A stretch of 64,000 nt of DNA from an uncultured Candidatus Babeliaceae bacterium (GCA_963848615.1 CAWKEK010000005.1:48007-112006); one strand, 5' to 3'. Positions 8,932-20,159 are shown, counted from the stretch's first letter. Notes: generated by a model not told the origin, from the letters alone. A program made the numbers and translations.

Positions 8932-9502
8932 GATAGTCGATAGAATTATTTTACGTAATATCTCTGGCGTGCACGAATTTTTTGTAACGCATGATATGCA
9001 GATCACTATTTTTTTAAACACTATTTTGGCAACCGAACTAGAAATTCGTGTGATATGCAACACGCCCGGCACCCATGCAGCTATTGGCATTATACATAGT
9101 CAGAAAGCTCATGACACTCTTAAGCTCACCACGCTTCAACAACATCAGGCGCCACACACCAGCAGCACGGTTACCGTGAAAGGGGTTTTGTATGACCATG
9201 CAACCGTTAATTACGCCGGCAAAATTTACGTAAGTCCAGACGCCCGTCACACCAAAGCAGAACAAAAAAGTCATATGCTGTTGCTCAGCTCAACGGCTCA
9301 TGCCCAAGCAGTGCCAGCATTAGAAGTTTTAACAAACGATGTCCAGTGCAAGCATGGCAGCGCGATTGCGGGTATCAACCCGAACGTGCTTGAATACGTG
9401 GCCTCACGCGGTATATCCCCTGCAGATGCGCAAGATATCTTAGTGCAAAGTTTTTTTCTTTGTATGTTAGAAGACAAAACGGCAGAAGAATTTTTCAAAT
9501 AA
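8924..9502 (+). CDS. sufD: SufD-like protein (short, C-terminal beta-helix part only)
   Basis: TTG start overlaps sufB by 8 nt. PALEVLTNDVQCKHGSAIAGINPNVLEYVASRGI matches the SufB/D C-terminal signature. Only 192 aa. Confidence 0.7.
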   Translation: MDKIVDRIILRNISGVHEFFVTHDMQITIFLNTILATELEIRVICNTPGTHAAIGIIHSQKAHDTLKLTTLQQHQAPHTSSTVTVKGVLYDHATVNYAGKIYVSPDARHTKAEQKSHMLLLSSTAHAQAVPALEVLTNDVQCKHGSAIAGINPNVLEYVASRGISPADAQDILVQSFFLCMLEDKTAEEFFK

Positions 9503-9504
9503 AC

Positions 9505-10194
9505 TTATGGATTCGGTACGGCTTGGTCATCATGATCTTCGCGGGATTTATATTGATTTATCGCGTCAGCTGTTCTTGGCGATAATAGATCAAGTTGATC
9601 TTCTCTATACACTTCAACCAGATGGTTAGCATAAATTTCAACTCTGCCAAAATCGTTAGGATCACGCTGAGTGCATGCAATTATTCCCGTTTCATTTACT
9701 TGAGTCACACCAAGAGTTTTAAACGATGTTGCATCTTGCCCTCGCGCTATGACTACAACATGGTTTGGGTTTTCTGGGTTATAATCACAATTGACTTGAC
9801 AAAAACTTGCTCTAACTTTGCCTTTTAAATAAATCTTTTTTACAGGCTCAGCAAAATCAGCAAGAAAAATTTCGGGGCCTTGTGGTCTTGGGCTTTTAGG
9901 AGAGGTCAAAGGGAGTGGTGAAGCCTGTCTTATCGAAAAATCGTCAAAACCAGTTTCACGCGTGGGCGATCCGATATCGCTCAACGTCGGTGAAGCTGCT
10001 TGCCCTTGGTCGGAATCGCTTTTAGAGCTTGGGCTGACTACCGATGGTGCTTTCGCCGGAGACTGACCAATAAATAAGCCACTTAGGCGTTTTAAAAGCT
10101 GTTTACGAGCATCTTTGTGTGTAGGTTTTTTTTCGTCCATTCCATGCAGACTTGATATCAGCACTAAGCTCAATAAGAGTGGATATTTTGTCAT
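9505..10194 (-). CDS. Secreted protein with Ser/Pro-rich linker, unknown function
   Basis: Start set at MTKYPLLLSLVLISSLHG (ATG at 10194). Low-complexity SPSSKSDSDQGQAASP region, then a roughly 110-aa C-terminal domain. Confidence 0.5.
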   Translation of the reverse strand: MTKYPLLLSLVLISSLHGMDEKKPTHKDARKQLLKRLSGLFIGQSPAKAPSVVSPSSKSDSDQGQAASPTLSDIGSPTRETGFDDFSIRQASPLPLTSPKSPRPQGPEIFLADFAEPVKKIYLKGKVRASFCQVNCDYNPENPNHVVVIARGQDATSFKTLGVTQVNETGIIACTQRDPNDFGRVEIYANHLVEVYREDQLDLLSPRTADAINQYKSREDHDDQAVPNP

Positions 10195-10303
10195 TGGCGT
10201 ATCCCTTTTTTCATCATTTTTTGTGACTGTCTGACTAAGCCTTATTCTATGAATGTCGTACGAATAAAACAAGACTTTTTGCGTAAGTAGAAAATATTTT
10301 TTC

Positions 10304-10723
10304 TTAACACTCGGTTAATTGTTCTGCTAACTGAATTTTTCCGTCACCATAAAAAATATTAGGAGTCTCGCCCGCGGTGTAGATATTTACCTTTACATCA
10401 ATGTCTGAACTTACCCTGATGGTAAGAACCCCACCTTGACGCTCTTCCATGAGATTAAAAAAAGAGGCAGTTTCTTTAACTTCATGTTCTACGGTAATCA
10501 TATCACGTGCCATTTTGTGTGGCGCTTTAGTAACAAGAAGCGATCCTAAAAAATGGGCAACTCGTATTTCTTGAATCGTCTTGGGATATGTTTTTGTACC
10601 ACGATTGAAACCGTCGTCTGGTGTATTGTCTGCTGAATGCACAGCCATCTCCATGCCATGAGCGTAACTCATCATCACCAACAACGCACCTAGAAGATAT
10701 TTGAACATACTCTTTCCCTTCAT
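10304..10723 (-). CDS. Small secreted protein X (cassette gene 2)
   Basis: Leader MFKYLLGALLVMMSYAHG. A decayed second copy lies at 11803-11993. Confidence 0.55.
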   Translation of the reverse strand: MKGKSMFKYLLGALLVMMSYAHGMEMAVHSADNTPDDGFNRGTKTYPKTIQEIRVAHFLGSLLVTKAPHKMARDMITVEHEVKETASFFNLMEERQGGVLTIRVSSDIDVKVNIYTAGETPNIFYGDGKIQLAEQLTEC

Positions 10724-11117
10724 AAATAGGATTTATACAAGTAATATTAAGAACCCGCTACTTGCGCGGGAACCAATCATATAAGGCAGGCTCGCCAGCC
10801 AAAGAATATTTCCCAGTTTTGATTTTATTAAATAAATATTCTCGCCATTCTTTATCATCAATACGGTCGAAATCTTTGTATAATTTCCAAAGCGGGTCAG
10901 ATACTTCAACTTTGTCTTCTGATATTATTATAGCTACTAAATGTTTGGCATCTTCAAGTATACTAAAATAATATTCAGCTTCTTGTATATTAGCACAAGC
11001 GCTGATCTTTAATAAAATATCTTCGATATGCTTTGGCAAATGTAAAAGCATATGCTCTTTCTTTACTGAAATATTTTCTGCCTCAATTTCTTTTATTAAT
11101 TTTTTTATTCTTTCCAT
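10652..11117. repeat. Segmental duplication, copy 1 (5' end of gene X plus whole paralogue A)
   Basis: Aligns colinearly with 11917-12379. About 135 nt at 10759-10895 have only 2 mismatches; the rest is much more diverged. Confidence 0.85.
10758..11117 (-). CDS. Cytoplasmic protein, paralogue A of 12020..12379 (cassette gene 1)
   Basis: Start set at MERIKKLIKEIE to match the paralogue MEKIKQLIKEIR. The C-terminal 43 aa (WKLYKDFDRIDDKEWREYLFNKIKTGKYSLAGEPALYDWFPRK) are identical in both copies. Confidence 0.55.
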   Translation of the reverse strand: MERIKKLIKEIEAENISVKKEHMLLHLPKHIEDILLKISACANIQEAEYYFSILEDAKHLVAIIISEDKVEVSDPLWKLYKDFDRIDDKEWREYLFNKIKTGKYSLAGEPALYDWFPRK

Positions 11118-11125
11118 AACAATCA

Positions 11126-11343
11126 CTATCGCATCTTTCTTATTGGCTGCAAATGCCATACTTCTTTATTCGCTGGATTATAAACTAACTCCCAGTCAAC
11201 CGTTTCATATATAAAAAATCCTAGCTTTTCGGTATCTGGGCAAATAAGTTTTCCTTAATAATAATGCTAAGATCCCAACAATCTATTTTTGTTTCAGAAA
11301 TGCCTACTGAAACAAAACAACATTCAAAATCCGCTATTTCCAT
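11126..11343 (-). pseudogene. Possible frameshifted small gene
   Basis: ATG at 11343 gives MEIADFECCFVSVGISETKIDCWDLSIIIKENLFAQIPKS* (stop 11221-11223). A second frame continues EKLGFFIYETVDWELVYNPANKEVWHLQPIRKMR* (stop 11126-11128). Confidence 0.25.
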
Positions 11344-11359
11344 ATGTACTTCATAGTAG

Positions 11360-11668
11360 CTAAGCTTCAAAGCTTATATATTCTGGATAGTTATTATCAC
11401 GATAGGCTTTCATTGCCTTTACCAACACTCGAACCAGCATGTTTTGAAAAACTTTATCTTGCATGTTTTCATCAATATAAGGTCTCTCCAAGTCTATAGA
11501 AAAATCAGGAATTTTATTGATATTATCTTTATGCACATGAAGCAATTTTTTGTGATTCTCAATACCAATAAAAAAAGCCAACGGGCCATGTGCTGTTTCA
11601 GTCATAGCATGGTAGTAATGAATGCTATTTGCAAAATTAACTTTTTTTATTTCAATATATAACGCCAT
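11360..11668 (-). CDS. Hypothetical cytoplasmic protein Y
   Basis: Start set at MALYIEIKKV (ATG at 11668). No leader. An internal segment of about 70 nt is repeated at 11725-11795. Confidence 0.5.
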   Translation of the reverse strand: MALYIEIKKVNFANSIHYYHAMTETAHGPLAFFIGIENHKKLLHVHKDNINKIPDFSIDLERPYIDENMQDKVFQNMLVRVLVKAMKAYRDNNYPEYISFEA

Positions 11669-11715
11669 CTTTTTAATACCTTGCAGTTTCAAGCTTTGCT
11701 TCATGTTTAGGTTTT

Positions 11716-11993
11716 TTAATTTCAGAATTATAAGGCCTCTGCAAGTCTATAGAAAAATCAGGAATTTTATTGACGTTATCTTTATGCACATAAGGCAGTT
11801 TCTTAACACTCTGGCAATTGTTGAGCGAAATTAATTATTTTGCCACAATAAAAAACTTTTGGTGATGCACCTGCGGTCTAGATGTTTAAATGTACCTGTT
11901 GGTCTGACTCTGTCTGCATGCCATGAGCGTAGCTGATCACCAAAAACGTACCTATAAGATATTTGAACATACTCTTTCCCTTCATAAATAGGA
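11716..11993 (-). pseudogene. Decayed fragments of gene Y (11716-11800) and gene X (11803-11993, middle roughly 225 nt deleted)
   Basis: 11725-11795 aligns to 11475-11545. 11803-11915 aligns to 10304-10400, and 11917-11993 aligns to 10652-10723. No intact ORF. Confidence 0.7.
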
Positions 11994-12379
11994 TTTATAT
12001 ACGTAATATTAAGAACTCGCTACTTGCGTGGGAACCAATCATATAAAGCAGGCTCGCCAGCCAAAGAATATTTCCCAGTTTTGATTTTATTAAATAAATA
12101 TTCTCGCCATTCTTTATCATCAATACGGTCGAAATCTTTGTATAATTTCCAAAGAGTATCGGGTACGTCTATTTTGTCTTCTGATATTATTATAGAGATT
12201 TGACCTTGAACTTCTTCTAAAATACTAAAATAATGATCTGCTTGTCTTATATTTGTACAAACGCTGATCTTTAATAAAATATCTTCGATGTGCTCTGGCA
12301 ACTGTAAAAGCGCCAGTTCATTTTTTTCAGGCATAACTTCTATTCGAATTTCTTTGATTAATTGTTTTATTTTTTCCAA
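11917..12379. repeat. Segmental duplication, copy 2
   Basis: Colinear with 10652-11117 (see copy 1). Confidence 0.85.
12020..12379 (-). CDS. Cytoplasmic protein, paralogue B of 10758..11117
   Basis: 119 aa. The N-terminal two thirds diverge from paralogue A; the C-terminal 43 aa are identical. Confidence 0.6.
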   Translation of the reverse strand: MEKIKQLIKEIRIEVMPEKNELALLQLPEHIEDILLKISVCTNIRQADHYFSILEEVQGQISIIISEDKIDVPDTLWKLYKDFDRIDDKEWREYLFNKIKTGKYSLAGEPALYDWFPRK

Positions 12380-12487
12380 AAGAACTCCGTGTTTTTTTTA
12401 AGCCCTTGCAAATGCCATACATCTTTACCTATATTGCATATAGTCTATCACTTGCTGAAAATAGTTCACTCGGCTAAGCTTTAATGT

Positions 12488-13711
12488 ATGGATAGTTCAC
12501 TCATAAAACAAGATTTTCCGTTACTGCGCAACTCAAGCATCGTCTATTTAGACTCAGCCGCAACATCACAAAAGCCTGATGCTGTCGTAACCGCGCTTAC
12601 CGATTTCTACCAAACCAGTAACGCACCGGTTCATCGTGGCATATACGCATTAGCAGAATCGGCAACCCAGCAGTATGAAGCTGCTCGCCGCGCTGTTGCA
12701 GCGTTTATTAATGCAGAGCCACAAGAAATTGTCTTTACTTCAGGAACTACCGATAGTATTAATATGGTCGCCCACGGCTGGGCCGCCTTTAATTTAAAAG
12801 CTGGCGACGAGATTGTTTTGCCAGAATCTGAGCATCACAGTAATCTCTTACCATGGCAGCAACTGAGTATAACACATGGTGTTGTGATTAAATACGTGTC
12901 ACTTACCAGTGATTTTAAATTAGATATTGAAGATTTTTTAAAGAAAATTACCCCCAAGACAAAATTGGTCACGTGTGCACTCAGCTCACATATTTTTGGC
13001 TCTATGCCACAAGAATATCTTCAGGCAATCTGCGCCAAAGCGCACGAAGTTGGTGCACGGGTGTTGCTTGATGCAGCCCAAGCTATCGGCCACATGCCGA
13101 TTGATATGCAGCTACTTGGCGTAGACTTTTTAGCTTTTTCGGGCCATAAACTTTTTGCCCCCACAGGCATTGGTATACTGTATAGTAATAAAAAAATATT
13201 TTCGCAGCTGGGTGTTTACCGTACCGGTGGCGGCATGGTGCACAGTGTACAGCTTGGTTCAAACCAGCTTGACTGTATGGACTGGAAAGAGATGCCCTAT
13301 AGACTAGAAGCGGGTACTCCGCCCATTGCACAAGCAGTTGGGTTGCATGCGGCAATAGATTATTTTAAGCAAAAGATACATTATACAAAACTTTCTGAAC
13401 ATGAAAAAATGCTCACCAGTGCGCTTAAGGAGCATTTAAAAAAACATGATGATATCGTTATTATGCAACCTGAATATGCCAACGCGGTACCTAACCATCT
13501 TGTCTCTTTTTACAGTAAAAAATTTCACGCGCATGATATTGCCGCTTGGCTTGGTCAGCATACTATTGCCGTGCGTGCCGGCCACCATTGCTCACAGCCG
13601 ATTCATGAACGGTTTGGCATTGCAGCCTCTGTGCGTGCAAGTTTTCACGCGTATACCACTGTGCATGACATTGACGCTTTTGGTAAAGCACTTCATGCTC
13701 TATATACATAA
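12488..13711 (+). CDS. sufS: Cysteine desulfurase SufS (class V aminotransferase)
   Basis: PLP-lysine motif FSGHKLFAPTGIG, catalytic-Cys loop RAGHHCSQP, N-terminal YLDSAATSQKP. Confidence 0.9.
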   Translation: MDSSLIKQDFPLLRNSSIVYLDSAATSQKPDAVVTALTDFYQTSNAPVHRGIYALAESATQQYEAARRAVAAFINAEPQEIVFTSGTTDSINMVAHGWAAFNLKAGDEIVLPESEHHSNLLPWQQLSITHGVVIKYVSLTSDFKLDIEDFLKKITPKTKLVTCALSSHIFGSMPQEYLQAICAKAHEVGARVLLDAAQAIGHMPIDMQLLGVDFLAFSGHKLFAPTGIGILYSNKKIFSQLGVYRTGGGMVHSVQLGSNQLDCMDWKEMPYRLEAGTPPIAQAVGLHAAIDYFKQKIHYTKLSEHEKMLTSALKEHLKKHDDIVIMQPEYANAVPNHLVSFYSKKFHAHDIAAWLGQHTIAVRAGHHCSQPIHERFGIAASVRASFHAYTTVHDIDAFGKALHALYT

Positions 13712-13719
13712 CTAGATAG

Positions 13720-15230
<1,511 letters not shown>

Positions 15231-15329
15231 GAAACAAGTTCCCCCGAAACAGGTTTCCCCGAACTTATTGCGTCCCTATCTAATCTGTTTATAGCATATA
15301 TAAGAATAATTTCTCAAGTAAAAGATTAA

Positions 15330-15355
15330 GGCCCTGGAATTGCAGGGCCTTTTTT
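15330..15355. terminator. Hairpin terminator between 14739..15230 and the MutS-like gene
   Basis: GGCCCTG-GAATT-(G)CAGGGCC followed by T5 on the plus strand. It lies immediately 3' of the minus-strand stop at 15361. Confidence 0.5.
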
Positions 15356-15360
15356 CATAG

Positions 15361-16977
15361 CTAGGGTAAATGAAGATGATGTGTCTTGGTATGCTTTATT
15401 GCAAGGGCGCTGAGCGCTGTGTAATGACTTGCGGTGAAGCTTATAACATTATTTTTTTCATACAACTTTGAAAGGGCCACTTCTAAAAAGTCAGACCCCT
15501 TTTGAGCGTTGGTGCTCGTGAACGGTTCGTCTAGCAATACGCAGCTTAATCCGGGATTTTCTGTTATAGTGTTGAGTATTTTTTCTATGCGTGCGCATTC
15601 AGCATAAAAACGTGACGTGCCCGCGGCGATATCGTCCTGGATAAAGCGGTAGGTACAGATATGTGAAAAGGGGGTTATTTCAAACTCTTGCGCCGGTGCA
15701 ATGCCAAATGTTTGTGCAAAAATAAGCGCATGGCCTATACCATTAATATAGGTCGATTTTCCTGAGCCATTTTCGCCGGTTATAAAGGTGTGTAGATAGT
15801 CCTGATCATTATCCCAATTTCTTGATTGCTCTGCCGGGATAAAAAGATGGCGTAAATTTTTTGCATGAATATGTGGTTTTGTTGAAGTGCTATATTCCAC
15901 AAAGCACCATGGCGCATCAACTGTTTGTTTTTTTATCATAGTTGCTGCTGCTATATAAAGTTCAATTTCGCCCAGAGCATTAATCAGATTCTCAAATTCT
16001 TGGTGTGTTTGCATATACAGATTATATGCTGCAAGAATACCTCCAATATGGCTGAAAAACGACGCTTGTCCAGTAAATGTTGATTGGTTAAGCAACTTTA
16101 AAAGATCTTGCGCGGCTAATGAGCACTCGGGAGACCTACTAAAAAATTTTTCAAGTTCGTGATAGGGCGCAAAGCCTAAGGTGTCTGCATGATGACTTTT
16201 TAAAAGTTCATACAGCACCCGTGCCGTTTTAGTATATTCGGCCAGGTGAATCATCTGTTGCTGAAGAATTTTGATTGTTGCTGCTCGTTGATTAATGTTA
16301 CGCCCCATATCAATAAATGCAGGTATATGTACGGCTAAAAGTGCTGCATGGAAACGATAATATTGAAAACGGGTTGCGTTTGGTGGCAGGTGATTGTGTC
16401 CGCACGTGCTCGCCGCGTGATCATCAAGATCATCAAGATCATCAGCAGCTGGTGTAGCGGGTGCAAAGTTGGTAAAGCCAGAGTGTAACATAAGATACTC
16501 TCCCATCGGAAAGCACAGTCCTGCTATATGCAGGAGATAACCAATATCAAGTGCATAGGGTGATGTATTAAATCGTTTTAAACTGTCCCAAGAAAAATAT
16601 ACCTGCTTTAAAGCTTCTAACGATAGTTTTTCTTTTTCGATAGCTAATGCATCTTCGTGGAGTGGCAATCTATTACGTAGTTCTTCAAGGTCGGTGTGTA
16701 GCGTCTCTTGCTCGAGAAAAAAATGAATAACTGCCTGTCTTTGTCTGAGTGTTTTTGTAGATGCAGTTGGGTGCAAAAGAAATGGTTCAGCTGCCCTTTT
16801 TCCGGCTGTAGTTACGGTTGGAATTGTTTTAGCCAAAGAATTTCTATCTGTTTCAGATAAAAGGTCCAGATCATGCTGAGTAAAGGTATCGATAATTACC
16901 TGGTCTTGTTCGACATTACATAAAAGGTTACAAAGAGACAATGAACATAATAATGTTATTGTTATAAGATAGTTCAT
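15361..16977 (-). CDS. MutS-family ATPase (domain V only) with N-terminal signal peptide or anchor
   Basis: Start set at MNYLITITLLCSLSLCNLLC (ATG at 16977, AAGGAA RBS). Walker A ITGENGSGKSTY, Walker B VLLDEPFTSTN, then TASHY. No mismatch-binding or clamp motifs seen. Confidence 0.75.
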   Translation of the reverse strand: MNYLITITLLCSLSLCNLLCNVEQDQVIIDTFTQHDLDLLSETDRNSLAKTIPTVTTAGKRAAEPFLLHPTASTKTLRQRQAVIHFFLEQETLHTDLEELRNRLPLHEDALAIEKEKLSLEALKQVYFSWDSLKRFNTSPYALDIGYLLHIAGLCFPMGEYLMLHSGFTNFAPATPAADDLDDLDDHAASTCGHNHLPPNATRFQYYRFHAALLAVHIPAFIDMGRNINQRAATIKILQQQMIHLAEYTKTARVLYELLKSHHADTLGFAPYHELEKFFSRSPECSLAAQDLLKLLNQSTFTGQASFFSHIGGILAAYNLYMQTHQEFENLINALGEIELYIAAATMIKKQTVDAPWCFVEYSTSTKPHIHAKNLRHLFIPAEQSRNWDNDQDYLHTFITGENGSGKSTYINGIGHALIFAQTFGIAPAQEFEITPFSHICTYRFIQDDIAAGTSRFYAECARIEKILNTITENPGLSCVLLDEPFTSTNAQKGSDFLEVALSKLYEKNNVISFTASHYTALSALAIKHTKTHHLHLP

Positions 16978-17181
16978 GGAAGGTTCCTTTAAGACTTTTA
17001 AATTTTTTTTCAATTGAATCGAGCAATCAGTGCAAGCAATATGGACAAGAGGTAGGTCTGCAGAGCGTCAGAGATAATGATTGCTTAAAGAAGCATTATA
17101 CTGGAATATCTTCAAACAGTAAATTGAATTATGCTAATCTGGTTTTGGAAAAGTGTATTATCTTTTACAAGGGGGACTCGT

Positions 17182-17739
17182 ATGGAACTGCATCATAAAA
17201 GATCGTTGATTGTTCTTGTTTCGAGTGCGTTATTAACTGGGTTATTCTTTTTAACCTGGTATCAGTTCAGAAACCAAGCCCGTATTATTATCAATCAAGT
17301 TATCGCCGATGATATAAATCGATTGCAGATGATATTCGACCGCATAGACCGTGAATGCGGAATTCTTTCTTTTGATCATGAAAAAAATTATATCGATTTT
17401 TTAACGGTAAAAAGCTTTGTAAGCTCAGAGGTTGGTCCTATGAATCTTGTTTGGCCAGAAAAATGGGCCGGCCCGTATGTGCAAGATAACCCGACCATTC
17501 AATCTAAAAAATATGAAATTCTTAAGACAAAAAAAGGCTATTATATTCTGCCCGGAACTGGCGTGCAGCTTTCAAACGGCATGGTCATGGGCAAAGATAT
17601 TGTTATTACACCAGAAACCGATATTGAAGAGCTGATAAACGCTGAGCATGGGTTATTCTATAACGGAAAAGCTTTAATCGCTCCGGTTATGGTACATAAA
17701 AAAACATTAGTTGCTGATATTGAACAGGACGACGAGTAA
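17182..17739 (+). CDS. Membrane-anchored hypothetical protein
   Basis: ATG at 17182 after a GGGGGA RBS. Single TM segment SLIVLVSSALLTGLFFLTW. Confidence 0.5.
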   Translation: MELHHKRSLIVLVSSALLTGLFFLTWYQFRNQARIIINQVIADDINRLQMIFDRIDRECGILSFDHEKNYIDFLTVKSFVSSEVGPMNLVWPEKWAGPYVQDNPTIQSKKYEILKTKKGYYILPGTGVQLSNGMVMGKDIVITPETDIEELINAEHGLFYNGKALIAPVMVHKKTLVADIEQDDE

Positions 17740-20034
17740 TTATAGTTCTTGCAAAAAATCAGCAGAGATTTTTTTACTTTTTGCGCCAAACTGCACTGTT
17801 GCAAAGAGGGTATCTTCACCCCGTTCTTCAAGCTCTTTAATAGTGCCGATGCCATACGTAGCATGGCGTACACGTTGATTTATCCGTAAGCGCGCAGGCT
17901 CAGAAATCTCTTGCGAGCTTTCTTCGAGCTCTTGGTCAAAAGCAAACTCAGGGATCACCAATTTTGGTTGTGCCGCGTGCCCCACCTCCGCTCGTGGTGT
18001 GCCAAGCTTCAGCGCAGTCAAATCAGTGCGTTTCGCACCATTCATGGCGGAGCCTAAGTACCAGTCGCGTAAATAATTTTGGATATCGATAATGTTCCAT
18101 TGTGAACAATCGATGTTTCCAATCCAGTCAGGCAGTTCATGCACAAAGCGTGACGTGCGTTGGTCTGTCATGGTGCCAAAAACATAACGGTAACGAACAT
18201 GCGTAAGTAATAACCGTTCCCGTGCGCGGGTTATGCCGACGTATAATAAGCGGCGTTCTTCTTCAACCGTTTCGTTGGCAAAAGTTGCATGCGCACTGGG
18301 TAAAATATTTTCCTCAAGCCCCGTTAAAATAACGGTATCAAACTCAAGCCCTTTTGCAGCATGCAGTGTCATGAGTGATATATAATCATGCGTGGTTTCA
18401 TCAATGATATGTTCTTGCAGCAGGGCCACTTCTTCTAAAAAACGTTCTAGAGTAAAGCCCTCTTGCGTAGCAGTTTCTTGGCGCGAAAATGAGGCAATAG
18501 CATTAAGTAACTCTTTTACGTTGCCGATCTTTGCTTGTGCATCTTCTTGGGCAAAATGTTCTTGTAAGTATTCAAGATATGTTGTTTTTTCAATAAAATA
18601 GTCTGCAACTTTTTGTGCAGTGTCATTACGCGTAAAGCCATGAAAGAGATTAATAAACGAACGAACAGACTCTGCTTTTAAACCAGAGACAACTTTTTCA
18701 GTAAGCATATGTTGTAGAATCTGAAAGCCATTTAGAAAGGGCTGTTGGTCCCACAACTCAATTAATGTTTCAATAAATTTGTCCCCAAGGCCCCGGGAGG
18801 GCACATTGATAATGCGCGTGAGAGAAATGCGGTCAAAGGGGTTAACCACCAGACGCATGTAAGCAAGCAGATCTTTAATTTCTTGGCGGTCATAGAATTT
18901 TACGCCACCGATAATTTTATACGGAATCGAGCCACGAATAAGTGCTTCTTCAAGCGCGCGTGATTGATAATGTGACCGATATAACAATGCAATCGACTGC
19001 CCACTATTTTTTTTGATATGCATCGATGCTAGTTTGGCAACTACGTCACCTTCCTGGTAGCTTGAAGCACACTGTATCCGCCTGATGCGGTCGTTGCCGT
19101 TCTTTTTTGACCATAATTTTTTGGGGTTACGGGTACTATTATTTTCAATAATAGCATTTGCCGTATCTAAAATTGGCTGTACAGAACGGTAATTTTGCGC
19201 AATGGTGATAGTTGTTGTTTGAGGAAAGTCACGTTTAAAATAAACAATGTTTTGAATTGTTGCGCCGCGCCAGGAATAAATAGATTGGTCCTCGTCGCCG
19301 ACAACACACAATGAATCGATACAAAACTGTTTGGCATCGTCTTGGGTTATCTGTTGCAGCAGCGCATGCTGCACTAAATTAGTGTCTTGATATTCATCAA
19401 CCAGCACGTGGCGTACTTTGTTTTGAAAATCTTTTTTAAATTCTGCGTTCGTTCTAAAAAGTTTTAATACTTCCAAAAGTAAATCATCAAAATCAAGGCA
19501 ATGGGCGTTTGTTTTTTCACGTTCATACACGTTACACAGCTCTTCTAATAAGGGATCGGAGATCCCTAATAAACTATTTTTATGCTGTGATATCGCACCG
19601 GCTAATGCTTTAACTGTTACTTTTTTTACCAGGCCGTACTTATTAATTATAGCCTTGAGCATTTTTTCTTTGTCGTCTTCGTCAAGAATACTAAACTCTG
19701 GGTGCGCTATATGGTGGCGATAGATTTTTAATAACCGCAAACAATATGAATGGAACGTGCCGACATAAGGAAGTTGATATCCAGGTAAAAAATGGGCGAT
19801 ACGTTCTTTCATCTCACGTGCAGCCTTGTTAGTAAACGTAAGGGCTACAATCGAGTAAGGGGTGACGTTGTGCATGAGCATAAGGTTTGTCATGCGTGCG
19901 GTAATCACGCGCGTCTTGCCCGAACCTGCTCCGGCACACACAAGCAATACGCCATCTTTTTGTGCTACCGCCTGTTGCTGTTCTGGATTTAATTGCGTTT
20001 CGAAAAATGTTTGGAAATTGGTGTGTGTGTTCAT
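17740..20034 (-). CDS. uvrD: ATP-dependent DNA helicase, UvrD/PcrA/Rep family
   Basis: Motif I AGAGSGKT, motif II LVDEYQDTN, TLHAAKGLEFD, YVGITRARERL, and a C-terminal Tudor-like RVRHATYGIGTI. Confidence 0.92.
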   Translation of the reverse strand: MNTHTNFQTFFETQLNPEQQQAVAQKDGVLLVCAGAGSGKTRVITARMTNLMLMHNVTPYSIVALTFTNKAAREMKERIAHFLPGYQLPYVGTFHSYCLRLLKIYRHHIAHPEFSILDEDDKEKMLKAIINKYGLVKKVTVKALAGAISQHKNSLLGISDPLLEELCNVYEREKTNAHCLDFDDLLLEVLKLFRTNAEFKKDFQNKVRHVLVDEYQDTNLVQHALLQQITQDDAKQFCIDSLCVVGDEDQSIYSWRGATIQNIVYFKRDFPQTTTITIAQNYRSVQPILDTANAIIENNSTRNPKKLWSKKNGNDRIRRIQCASSYQEGDVVAKLASMHIKKNSGQSIALLYRSHYQSRALEEALIRGSIPYKIIGGVKFYDRQEIKDLLAYMRLVVNPFDRISLTRIINVPSRGLGDKFIETLIELWDQQPFLNGFQILQHMLTEKVVSGLKAESVRSFINLFHGFTRNDTAQKVADYFIEKTTYLEYLQEHFAQEDAQAKIGNVKELLNAIASFSRQETATQEGFTLERFLEEVALLQEHIIDETTHDYISLMTLHAAKGLEFDTVILTGLEENILPSAHATFANETVEEERRLLYVGITRARERLLLTHVRYRYVFGTMTDQRTSRFVHELPDWIGNIDCSQWNIIDIQNYLRDWYLGSAMNGAKRTDLTALKLGTPRAEVGHAAQPKLVIPEFAFDQELEESSQEISEPARLRINQRVRHATYGIGTIKELEERGEDTLFATVQFGAKSKKISADFLQEL

Positions 20035-20159
20035 AGTTAAATCAGTTTACCGTAATAATATTATTGCGGCAAAATAATTATACGTTGATTTATTAATAAA
20101 CTTTTGTAGGCTTAATATACTATTTTTTCAATAATTATCTTTATATATATTAGGGCAAA

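Noticed and set aside
16429-16455. 9-bp tandem repeat (GATCATCAA x3) and the 15-bp tandem GAAACA(A/G)GT(T)TCCCC x2 at 15231-15265
   Set aside because: Too short and too few units for a CRISPR array or satellite. The first is in-frame (DDLDDLDD) within the MutS-like gene. The second sits in a 5' leader and only duplicates an RBS-like G run.
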